Below are positions 1-8,059 of a stretch of 64,000 nucleotides of DNA, in pieces. Under the pieces are notes generated by a model, which worked only from the letters and a program-made list of their open reading frames with translations, was not told the DNA's origin and searched no databases. Made by a program: the position numbers and the translations under genes. Positions within the stretch are counted from its first letter, which is position 1. Each line of letters begins with the position of its first letter. Source of the DNA: Candidatus Marinacidobacterium sp. (lineage in GTDB: Bacteria > Acidobacteriota > Vicinamibacteria > Marinacidobacterales > Marinacidobacteraceae); contig OZ244852.1 in the NCBI GenBank assembly GCA_965220965.1, positions 2,688,001-2,752,000 on the forward strand, written 5' to 3'.

Positions 1-882
1 CCGCACCTGGCGGTAAGGCGCCCGGACGAGGAAGGGAACCTGCATCGAGGCGTCGTAGATGAAGAAGCCGTGCGCGCCCTCGCGGTGGCGCCCCAGGCTC
101 TCGCCGTGGTCGCCGATCAGCGCGACGAGCGTGTCTTCAGTGAGCCCCTGGGCGTCCAGCCAGTCGAGCAGCCGCCCCACCAGCGAGTCGGTGAACGCCA
201 CCTCGGCGTCGTAGTCTGCTTCCGGATAGCCGGTGACGCTGGACGCCCACGGCTCGGGCGCGTCGTAGGGCCAGTGCGGGTCGTAGAGATGGATCCACGA
301 GAAGAAGCGTTCGTCACGGACCTGGTCCATCCAGGCGAGCGCCGCGTCGAGCACGTCGTCCCCGCGGCGCTGCACCGAGTCGAGGCTGATCCGCTCGAAC
401 TCGCGGAAGTCGAAATCGTCGTGGTAGCGGTCGAATCCCTGGTCGAGACCCCAGCGCGAGTCCACCACGAACGCGGCGACGAAGGCTCCGGTGACCCAGC
501 CGGCGTCGCCGAGCGCCTCGGCCAGCGTCTCGGCCTCGTCCCGGAGGTAGTAGCCCCCGTTGTCCCGCACGCCGTGGAACATCGGATACGTCCCGGTGAA
601 CATCGAGGCGTGCGAGGGCAGCGTCAGCGGGACGGTGGCGGTCGCCTGCTCGAAGAGCACGCCTTCGGCGGCGACCCGGCCGAACGCCGGGGTCTCGATC
701 CGGTCGTTTCCGTACTGCGCAAGATGGCGCGCCGAGAGGGTGTCGAGCGTGACCACGACCACGTTCAGCGGCCGGACCGGCTCCGCTCCGCCGGGCAGTC
801 CGGAGCAGCCCAGACTCCCCGCCGCCCAGAGCAGGAGGACCGGCGCGGCCGGCTTCCATCGGCGGGGCGGGGGCGAGGACAT
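1..882 (-). CDS. Sulfatase-like / alkaline phosphatase superfamily lipoprotein (runs off the window at its 3' end)
   Basis: Not in the ORF track; translated by hand from ATG at 882: MSSPPPRRWKPAAPVLLLWAAGSLGC (lipobox-like), then NVVVVTLDTL...ETPAF...EGVLFEQA...VPLTLPSHASMFTGTYP...HGVRDNG...FFSWIHLYDPH...ADHGE...FFIYDASMQVPF. These are sulfatase-fold motifs. The frame stays open to position 1. Confidence 0.85.
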   Translation of the reverse strand, partial: MSSPPPRRWKPAAPVLLLWAAGSLGCSGLPGGAEPVRPLNVVVVTLDTLSARHLAQYGNDRIETPAFGRVAAEGVLFEQATATVPLTLPSHASMFTGTYPMFHGVRDNGGYYLRDEAETLAEALGDAGWVTGAFVAAFVVDSRWGLDQGFDRYHDDFDFREFERISLDSVQRRGDDVLDAALAWMDQVRDERFFSWIHLYDPHWPYDAPEPWASSVTGYPEADYDAEVAFTDSLVGRLLDWLDAQGLTEDTLVALIGDHGESLGRHREGAHGFFIYDASMQVPFLVRAPYRQVR

Positions 883-920
883 GAATCCGATTATGGCGCA
901 GACCCCGCGTAGCCCAGTGA

Positions 921-951
921 ACCCATTCCATGACATATGGGTAGTATGGGT
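921..951 (+). promoter_or_regulatory. Putative vapBC promoter/operator
   Basis: ACCCAT (921-926) is an inverted repeat of ATGGGT (937-942 and 946-951). These sites overlap a -10-like TAGTAT (942-947) that lies 6 nt before the antitoxin ATG, as expected for an autoregulated TA promoter. Confidence 0.5.
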
Positions 952-953
952 CG

Positions 954-1205
954 ATGAAGACGACGGTGGATGTCCACGACGCGCTGCTGCTGCGGGCGCG
1001 GCGCCGGGCGCTGGAGCGCGGCGGCACGCTCCGCTCGCTGATCGAAGAGGGACTCCGGCGCGCCCTGGATGAGCCTGCGTCCGGACCCTACCGGCTGCCC
1101 GACCGGAGCGTCGGCGACCCGGAGCGGCCCGACCCGCTCGCCGAGTACTCGTGGCCGGAACTGCGCCGCCTGATCCATGAGGATCGTGGAGGCCCCGATT
1201 CGTGA
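954..1205 (+). CDS. vapB: VapB-like antitoxin (ribbon-helix-helix)
   Basis: 83 aa, MKTTVDVHDALLLRARRRA...TLRSLIEEGLRRAL RHH signature; GTGA overlap with the downstream PIN gene. Confidence 0.8.
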   Translation: MKTTVDVHDALLLRARRRALERGGTLRSLIEEGLRRALDEPASGPYRLPDRSVGDPERPDPLAEYSWPELRRLIHEDRGGPDS

Positions 1206-1639
1206 TCGCGGTCGACACGAGCGTTCTGGTGGATGCGCACCGCCGGGAGACCGCCTCGCACCGAGTCGCCGCCAGCGTTCTGCGCGACCTCGCCGAGGGC
1301 GGGCGGCCGTGGGCCATCCCGTGGCCCTGCGCCTACGAGTTCCTGAGCGTCGTCACGAACCGGCGGATCTGGAGCGATTCGGTTTCGACGATGGCGCAGG
1401 CCTGGGCGCAACTCGAGGCCTGGCTGGCTTCGCCCTCCCATCGCCTCCTTGGCGAGACTCCGGATTTCCCGCCCATTCTTCGCGACTTCGTGACCCGTCC
1501 GGGGGTTCGGGGGGCGGTCGTCCACGACGCGCGGATCGCGGCGATCTGTGTGGCGCACGGCGTGGATCTCCTGCTCACGCGCGACCGCGACTTCTCGCTC
1601 TTCCCGGAGCAGCGCACCCGGGACCCGCGCCGCGCCTGA
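1202..1639 (+). CDS. vapC: VapC-family PIN-domain ribonuclease toxin
   Basis: MIAVDTSVLV...YEFL...VHDARIAA...LLTRDRDF, with the conserved acidic PIN residues. Confidence 0.9.
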   Translation: MIAVDTSVLVDAHRRETASHRVAASVLRDLAEGGRPWAIPWPCAYEFLSVVTNRRIWSDSVSTMAQAWAQLEAWLASPSHRLLGETPDFPPILRDFVTRPGVRGAVVHDARIAAICVAHGVDLLLTRDRDFSLFPEQRTRDPRRA

Positions 1640-1660
1640 AGGCGGGCGTCTCCGGCGGTG

Positions 1661-1897
1661 CTATCCGCCGAGATAGCGGTCGTGTTCCGTCGCGAGGTCG
1701 GCCGGGCCGACCCGGAAGCGCCCGTAGGCCTCCCGGGCGCGGCGGATCAGCTCATCCCGATCGGGCTGGAACTCGTTCCGCAGCGAAGCGGCCACCGCCT
1801 CGCGCACCAGCTCCGGGACGGAGCGCGTCCCGGAGCGGGCGCGGCGCTCGAGGGCTCGCATCTGCTCGTCGGTGAACTCGACCTCGATGCGCTTCAC
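1661..1897 (-). CDS. CopG/RHH antitoxin-like protein (orphan)
   Basis: MKRIEVEFTDEQMRALERRAR...SVPELVREAV RHH fold, and a C-terminal DLATEHDRYL typical of VapB-type antitoxins. Confidence 0.75.
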   Translation of the reverse strand: MKRIEVEFTDEQMRALERRARSGTRSVPELVREAVAASLRNEFQPDRDELIRRAREAYGRFRVGPADLATEHDRYLGG

Positions 1898-1901
1898 GGG
1901 A

Positions 1902-2738
1902 TCAGGAGTCCCTCGCGGCGGCCTTGGCCGCGAAGCGGGCGAGCAGCGGGTTGAACTGGCCGGGGTGCTCCCAGAACATGAGATGCCCGCCGAACACCTC
2001 GACCTGTGAGTTGGGGCAGTGCTCCGCCAGGAACGGCCGCGCGCTCTCCGCCCAGTGCTCGGCGACGACGAAGAGCTGCGGGAGTTCGGCGTCCGCCGCC
2101 TTCGCCTCCTCGAGGTAGTTCCCGAACGCGGCGCACGCGATCAGGTTCGCGGCGATCAGCGGCGGGGTCCCGACCGACTGCTCCACGACCCACGACGTCA
2201 ACTCGGGCGTCAGGTCCTGCTGGAGCATCACGTGCTCGGCGTAGGCGGTGACCGCCGCGCGCTGCCCGGCGGCCGTCTGGACGGCGCCGAAGAAACCGGC
2301 CATGTCGGGCAGCGATCCCTCGACCCAGTCGTCCGGGTCGCTGCTCATGCCGAGCGGCGGCATGTCGATCATCACGAGCCCCGCGAGCCCGGCGGCGCCG
2401 TGGTCCCGGAGGACCTGCCACGCGGTGTAGGCGCCGGTGGACCAGCCGACCAGGGTCGGCCGCTCGACCTCCAGGTGGGCGAGCAGCTTCATGAGGTCGG
2501 CGGCGTGCCCCGAGTGGTTGTTGCCCTCCAGCGTGACCGTCGAGCGGCCGTGGCTTCTCGGGTCGAAGGCGATGACCCGGAAGGAGCGCGAGAGCGCGGT
2601 GACCTGGTGCTCGAAGACCCGGGTGGTGAAGGTCCAGCCGGGGATGAGCACGAGGGGCGGCCCCTGCCCCGCATCCTCGTAGTAGATCTCCACTCCGGGC
2701 TCGACCTCGAGCCAGGAACCGATGCGTCCGCTCGCCAT
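1902..2738 (-). CDS. Alpha/beta hydrolase (non-heme haloperoxidase/arylesterase-like)
   Basis: IYYEDAGQGPPLVLIPGW, DPRSHGRS, nucleophile elbow GWSTG, GGHLMFWEHP; RBS GGAGG before ATG 2738. Confidence 0.88.
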   Translation of the reverse strand: MASGRIGSWLEVEPGVEIYYEDAGQGPPLVLIPGWTFTTRVFEHQVTALSRSFRVIAFDPRSHGRSTVTLEGNNHSGHAADLMKLLAHLEVERPTLVGWSTGAYTAWQVLRDHGAAGLAGLVMIDMPPLGMSSDPDDWVEGSLPDMAGFFGAVQTAAGQRAAVTAYAEHVMLQQDLTPELTSWVVEQSVGTPPLIAANLIACAAFGNYLEEAKAADAELPQLFVVAEHWAESARPFLAEHCPNSQVEVFGGHLMFWEHPGQFNPLLARFAAKAAARDS

Positions 2739-2845
2739 GGGTTGCCTCCTGGTCCGGGCTCCGGCGCCGCCGGCGCGCGGCGCTGGAACCCGATCAGAGG
2801 GTAGCCGAGACGGGCCCACCGAGCGGCTCGAGAGCGGTCCGGAGC

Positions 2846-2875
2846 TTGACCCCCGGAAGCCGCATGGGATATAAG
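2846..2875 (+). promoter_or_regulatory. Sigma70-like promoter for the TonB receptor
   Basis: TTGACC (2846-2851), 18 nt spacer, TATAAG (2870-2875), in an otherwise GC-rich divergent intergenic region. Confidence 0.55.
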
Positions 2876-2960
2876 CCCCTTTCCGGTTTTGCCCTCAGGT
2901 GGCCCGCCTCCCGTGGCGCGTCCTGACGGGGTTCCCGAGACCGGCAAGGAGGTTCCTTCC

Positions 2961-5780
2961 GTGCGAATCCATCGCATCCTCGCTCTCGCCGCGGTCCTCG
3001 CGCTGGCGGCCGGGGTCGCCGCCGGCCAGATCACCGGAACGATCCTGGGGAACGTCACCGACGCCCAGGGAGGCGTCCTGCCCGGGACCAGCGTGACGAT
3101 CACCTCGTCCGAGCTGCCGGGCGGGCCGCGCACCGCGGTGAGCGACTCCTCCGGCGGCTACCGGTTCCCGAACCTGCCGCCGGGCGACTACACCCTGACG
3201 GTGGAGCTCTCCGGCTTCGGGACCTACATCGAGGAGGGGCTTCAGGTCCTCGTCGGCGGGACGACCGAGCGGAACGTCGCGCTCGACCTCGCGACCGTCG
3301 CGGAGACCGTGACCGTCACCGGCGAGACGCCGGTCGTGGACACCCGGCGGTCGGGCGTCTCCACGAACTACTCCAGTGAGTACATGGAGAACACGCCGCT
3401 GCGCCGCTTCAGCTTCTTCGACTTCACGAAGAGCGCCCCCGGGATGTCGGCGACGAACCCGACGAGCGGGACGAGCAGCCGGGTCTCGGCCTTCGGATCC
3501 GGAGTGGACGAGAACAAGTACCTGATGGACGGCGTGGACTTCACCGCGCCGGTCTCGGGCGCCGCCTGGCCCTGGCCCGCCACCGACCTGATCGAGGAGA
3601 TGGAGATCGTCTCGCTGGGCGCTTCCGCCGAGCACGGGAGCGCGGCCGGCGCCGTCTTCAACGTCGTGACCAAGCAGGGGACGAACGAATTCACCGCCAC
3701 CGGCGCCGGCTACAAGCAGTTCCAGTCCATCACCTCGCAGCCGATCAAGCTGAACGCCGACGGCGAGGAGGACCCGAACGGCTGGGGCTACAACCGGGAC
3801 CGCTACGACGACTACACGATCCACGGCGGGGGCCCCATCGTGCGGGACCGGGCGTGGATCTACGCCAACTACCAGTACCAGCAGGACTGGGATACGCAGC
3901 CGGGGAACGACCCACAGTTTCCGAGGAAGTTCGGCGCCCACCGCCTCTTCTACAAGGCGACCGCGGATGTCACCCAGAACCTCAAGTTCATGCAGACCTA
4001 CCACGACGACTACTGGGTGATCCCCGCCACGCCGTCGTTCGCCCGTCCGTATGCGGCGGTCGCGACATACACCGGCCATAACCCGTCGATCGCTTTCGGG
4101 CGCCTCACCTACATCGTGAGCCCGAACACCTTCCTTGAGGGCGGCGTTTCCGGCTTCTACTCGCCGAACGACCTGAGCGAGTCGAACAATCCGGGCGTTC
4201 CGGGGACGCGCAATATCGATGACGGAAGCTGGTCCGGCGGGTACTCGTGGTACGACAAGTTCACCCAGGGGCGCACCGAGCTCAAGGGCAAGGTCAGCCA
4301 CTACGCGAACGACTGGCTCGGCGCCGACCACGACTTCAAGTTCGGCGTCCAGTACGTGATCGGGAGCCACAGCTCCCACGGCGGCTACGTGCCGGGTCCC
4401 AACTATCCCGGCGGCGTCCGCTACTACGTGAACGGCGACGGGAGCCCCTACGGGATCATCACCGGGACGACCTACAACACCGGGGGACAGTTCAAGGAGA
4501 CCGCTCTCTACGCCGAGGATCTGCTGACGATCGGGACGCGCGTCACCATCTCCGCCGGAGTCCGGCTCGACTCGGTCCGGGGGATCAGCCAGGACGTGCC
4601 GGACCTGGTGGTCAACGACCTGGCGGCTCTCACCTTCGACGACGTCGGGACCGTTTCCGGGGCCGGCGAGCAGTTCACCTGGACGAACATCGGCCCCCGT
4701 CTGGGGTTCAACATCAAGCTCGACGACGACGCCCGGACCGTGCTCCGGGGAAACTGGGGCCGCTTCTTCCGCACCGCGATCACCGGGGAGCTCAGCCCCA
4801 TCCATCCCGGTCAGGGCAGCCAGCAGGAGTTCTACTGGAACCCCGACACCGGGCGCTACGACATCGAGGGCCCCCGCTACGTGGCCAGCACCGACTTCGG
4901 ATTCGATCCGAACTCGCGGTCTCCCTACACCGACCAGATGTCCATCGGATTCGACCGCGAGCTGACGACGAGCCTCGCCTTCGGTTTCACCTACGTGCGG
5001 AAGGACCAGAACGACCTGCTCGGCTGGAACATCGAGAACGCCACCTACTCGACCGTCCCCCACACCTTCGCCAACGGGCAGACGATCGATGTCTACCCGC
5101 TGACTTCGGATCCGGACGCCCGGTTCTACCGTCTGGACAACGTGGACTGCGTGGGCGTGTCCTACCGCTGCGACCCGCTGTTCATGGACTACAACGGATT
5201 CGCCTTCGAGCTCGAAAAGCGCATGTCGAACAACTGGCAGGCGCAGGTGTCCTACGTCTGGTCGAAGACCTATGGCCTGCTCCCCTCCAGCGGGGGCGGA
5301 GCCGCGTCCAGCCAGGAGACCCGCGTGCGCAGCAGTTCGCTGGCGCGCGATCCGAACCAGTTCATCAACGCCACCGGCCACCTGCTGAACGACCGGACCC
5401 ACACCTTCCGCGTGACCGGGACCGTGATCCTGCCGTGGGATGTCCTGCTGGGCTGGAACTACGCCTACTTCAACGGGAAGCCGTGGGCCACCCATGACCG
5501 CGTCGAGCGGGATGTCCTCCCGCAGGGCGGCAGGAACATCTATCTCGAGAGCCCCGGCTCGCAGCGGCTGGACGACCAGAACCTGCTCGACCTGCGGCTG
5601 TCGAAGTCGCTCTTCCTCGGAACGCGGCGCCTCGAGATGTTCGTCGACGGGCTGAACCTGTTCAACGCCACCTCGGCGGAGGATGTGGCGTCGCAGTCCT
5701 GGGGCGTGGGAACCTTCGGTCTCGGGGACCGGTGGGTGGATCCGCGTCGGCTCATGGTCGGTGTGAAGTTCATCTATTGA
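2961..5780 (+). CDS. TonB-dependent receptor with N-terminal carboxypeptidase-regulatory-like domain (Oar-like)
   Basis: RBS AAGGAGG (2946-2952) before GTG 2961; signal peptide; GTILGNVTDAQGGVLPG, ETVTVTGETPVVDT, plug region NKYLMDGVD...AEHG...GAVFNVVTKQGTN; C-terminal beta-strand RRLMVGVKFIY. Confidence 0.92.
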   Translation: MRIHRILALAAVLALAAGVAAGQITGTILGNVTDAQGGVLPGTSVTITSSELPGGPRTAVSDSSGGYRFPNLPPGDYTLTVELSGFGTYIEEGLQVLVGGTTERNVALDLATVAETVTVTGETPVVDTRRSGVSTNYSSEYMENTPLRRFSFFDFTKSAPGMSATNPTSGTSSRVSAFGSGVDENKYLMDGVDFTAPVSGAAWPWPATDLIEEMEIVSLGASAEHGSAAGAVFNVVTKQGTNEFTATGAGYKQFQSITSQPIKLNADGEEDPNGWGYNRDRYDDYTIHGGGPIVRDRAWIYANYQYQQDWDTQPGNDPQFPRKFGAHRLFYKATADVTQNLKFMQTYHDDYWVIPATPSFARPYAAVATYTGHNPSIAFGRLTYIVSPNTFLEGGVSGFYSPNDLSESNNPGVPGTRNIDDGSWSGGYSWYDKFTQGRTELKGKVSHYANDWLGADHDFKFGVQYVIGSHSSHGGYVPGPNYPGGVRYYVNGDGSPYGIITGTTYNTGGQFKETALYAEDLLTIGTRVTISAGVRLDSVRGISQDVPDLVVNDLAALTFDDVGTVSGAGEQFTWTNIGPRLGFNIKLDDDARTVLRGNWGRFFRTAITGELSPIHPGQGSQQEFYWNPDTGRYDIEGPRYVASTDFGFDPNSRSPYTDQMSIGFDRELTTSLAFGFTYVRKDQNDLLGWNIENATYSTVPHTFANGQTIDVYPLTSDPDARFYRLDNVDCVGVSYRCDPLFMDYNGFAFELEKRMSNNWQAQVSYVWSKTYGLLPSSGGGAASSQETRVRSSSLARDPNQFINATGHLLNDRTHTFRVTGTVILPWDVLLGWNYAYFNGKPWATHDRVERDVLPQGGRNIYLESPGSQRLDDQNLLDLRLSKSLFLGTRRLEMFVDGLNLFNATSAEDVASQSWGVGTFGLGDRWVDPRRLMVGVKFIY

Positions 5781-5797
5781 TGGCCTGAGTCATCCGC

Positions 5798-5830
5798 GAG
5801 GCGGGGGCCGCGAGGTCCCCGCCTCTTCTC
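5798..5830 (+). terminator. Intrinsic terminator-like hairpin
   Basis: GAGGCGGGGGCC-GCGA-GGTCCCCGCCTC stem-loop (GNRA loop) followed by TTCTC, just after the receptor stop codon. Confidence 0.6.
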
Positions 5831-5845
5831 CTGTACGGTTCGCCT

Positions 5846-8002
5846 GTGCCGAGACCGCGGTCGGTGGCCGTCGCCGCCGGGCTCGCCTTCCTCGCTGTGG
5901 CGGGCGTAGCGGTCGCCCAGGGCCCCGACCGCCCGGCGCGGGCGCCGCTCGCCGAGGCGCGGTTCCGGGACGGCATGCAGGCGGTCGCCCGGCGCGATCA
6001 TGACCGCGCCCTCGAGTTCTTCCGGCACGCGCTCGCGCTGGATCCCGCCCACGACGGCGCCCACTTCTACGCCGGGCTCGCCTACCTCCAGCGCGGCTAC
6101 ACCAGCCTTCGGCTCGCGGACCACCACCTCTCCCGGGCGATCGCGCTCGACGACTCGAACCCCCGCCGACGTCACTGGCGCGGGATCGCGCGCCTCCGCC
6201 TCGGTGAGTTCGCCGCGGCCACCGCCGACCTCGAAGCCGTGCTCGAGCGCGAGCCGGACAGCCCGGCGACGCTTCGGGCGCTCGGCGCGGCGCTGCTGCG
6301 GCTCGGGGCCCCCGGGCCGGCGGCGGCGGCGCTGCGGCGGGCCATCGACCTCGAACCGGAGCTGCTCGAACCCCGCTGGAACCTGGGCGTCGCCGCCCGC
6401 CGTTCCGGCGAGCACCCGGCGGGGCTCCCGGAGAGCCACCGGCTGGATCTCCCGGCGCCGGATCCCGGACCCGCGCAGTCCCCCATCCGCTTCGAGGAAG
6501 TCTCGGCGGCCTCCGGGATCGAGCGCTGGTCCCGGGGCCGCGGCAGCGGCTGGGCCGACGTGGACGGCGACGGCGACCTCGACCTGTTCGCCCTCGGCAT
6601 CCGCGACCCCCACGCGCTTTACCGGAACGACCTCCTCGAAACCGGCGACCCGGTGTTTGCGCCGGTGGCCGCGGAGGCCGGCCTGCTCGACCCCCGCGGC
6701 GGCTGGTCGGCGCTCTTTTTCGACTACGACCGCGACGGCGACCCCGATCTCCATGTGACCCGCGACGGCTGGGACGGCCGCGACCGGAACAGCCTCTTCC
6801 GCAACGACGGCGGACGGTTCGAGGACGTCGCCGTGGCGGCCGGCGTGGCGAGCCCGCGCGACGCCTTCACCGCGGCGGTTGCGGACGTGAACCGCGACGG
6901 CTGGCTCGACCTCTACGTGGCGAACGGGGTGGCGACCCCCGGGGGTTCGCCGAACGAGCTCTTCCTCGGCGCCCCTGGCGGCCGCTTCCACGAACGGGGC
7001 GAGGCCTTCGGGGTGGCGGATCACGGGCGCTCGGTGGGGTCGGCCTTCGGGGACTACGACCGGGACGGCTGGCCCGATCTGCTCGTCGCCAACTTCTTCG
7101 GGGGCCCGGCGCTCTACCGGAACCTCGACGGGGTCGGGTTCCGCGAGGTGACCGGGTCGGTCGGGCTCGAGGCGCCCCACGAGGCGTTCGTCGGCTTCTT
7201 CTTCGATTACGACAACGACGGCTGGCTCGACATCTTCGTCGTCGGGTTCACCTCCGACATGGAGACCGCGCTCCGCAGCCAGCTCGAAGGCCGGGCCGTC
7301 CACCAGGGAAGCCGCCTCGCGCTCTACCGGAACGACCGCGACGGGACCTTCACCGACGTGACCGAGGCCGCCGGCCTCGCCTGGAACCTCGGCGCGATGG
7401 CCGCCGCCTTCGGCGACTACGACAACGACGGCTGGCTCGACCTGTTCATCGGCGCGGGCGCGCCTCCCATGGAGCGCCTCGAGCCGAACCGGCTGTTCCG
7501 GAACCTCGGCGACGGAACGTTCGCCGATGTCAGCGTCTCGGCCGGAGTGGACGACCTCGGCAAGGGGCATGGCGCCGCCTTCGCCGACTACGACCACGAC
7601 GGCGACCTCGACCTGTTCGTTCCGGTCGGGGGCGCGTTCCCCGGGGATCGCCAGCGCAGCGTCCTCTATCGGAACCCCGCCTCGCAGATGGCGACGCCGA
7701 ACCACTGGCTCCATGTTCTCCTCCGGGCCACCACGCTCCACCCCGACGCGGTCGGGGCCGAGGTCCGGCTTCGCGTCGAAGGGTCGGACGAGGCGCGCGT
7801 CCAGGTCCGGGAGGTCGCCATCGGCGGCGGTTTCGGGATCACCCCGAGCCCCATCCTCGAGTTCGGCCTCGGATCCCGTGACCGCGCCGCCGAGATCGCG
7901 ATCCGCTGGCCCGGGGGAGCACACCGGGTGTTGCGGGACATCCCCGCCGACCAGCGGATCCTGATCCGCGAGGACGAGCCCGGCTACCAGGTCCTCCGCT
8001 GA
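5846..8002 (+). CDS. TPR + FG-GAP/VCBS repeat protein with ASPIC/UnbV-like C-terminus (CRTAC1 family)
   Basis: Signal peptide, N-terminal TPR helices, about seven D-[VY]-D-x-DG-x-x-DL repeats, LYRNxG motifs, and a C-terminal NHWLHVLL...DAVGAEV...FGLG...IRWP. Confidence 0.9.
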   Translation: MPRPRSVAVAAGLAFLAVAGVAVAQGPDRPARAPLAEARFRDGMQAVARRDHDRALEFFRHALALDPAHDGAHFYAGLAYLQRGYTSLRLADHHLSRAIALDDSNPRRRHWRGIARLRLGEFAAATADLEAVLEREPDSPATLRALGAALLRLGAPGPAAAALRRAIDLEPELLEPRWNLGVAARRSGEHPAGLPESHRLDLPAPDPGPAQSPIRFEEVSAASGIERWSRGRGSGWADVDGDGDLDLFALGIRDPHALYRNDLLETGDPVFAPVAAEAGLLDPRGGWSALFFDYDRDGDPDLHVTRDGWDGRDRNSLFRNDGGRFEDVAVAAGVASPRDAFTAAVADVNRDGWLDLYVANGVATPGGSPNELFLGAPGGRFHERGEAFGVADHGRSVGSAFGDYDRDGWPDLLVANFFGGPALYRNLDGVGFREVTGSVGLEAPHEAFVGFFFDYDNDGWLDIFVVGFTSDMETALRSQLEGRAVHQGSRLALYRNDRDGTFTDVTEAAGLAWNLGAMAAAFGDYDNDGWLDLFIGAGAPPMERLEPNRLFRNLGDGTFADVSVSAGVDDLGKGHGAAFADYDHDGDLDLFVPVGGAFPGDRQRSVLYRNPASQMATPNHWLHVLLRATTLHPDAVGAEVRLRVEGSDEARVQVREVAIGGGFGITPSPILEFGLGSRDRAAEIAIRWPGGAHRVLRDIPADQRILIREDEPGYQVLR

Positions 8003-8059
8003 CGGCGCGCCCGGGCGGGTGGCCGAACGCACCGGCCGAGCGGGTAGGATCGCCGCCCG

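Noticed and set aside
70-912. 280-aa plus-strand ORF at the window start
   Set aside because: Shadow of the minus-strand sulfatase-like gene, which has clear motifs.
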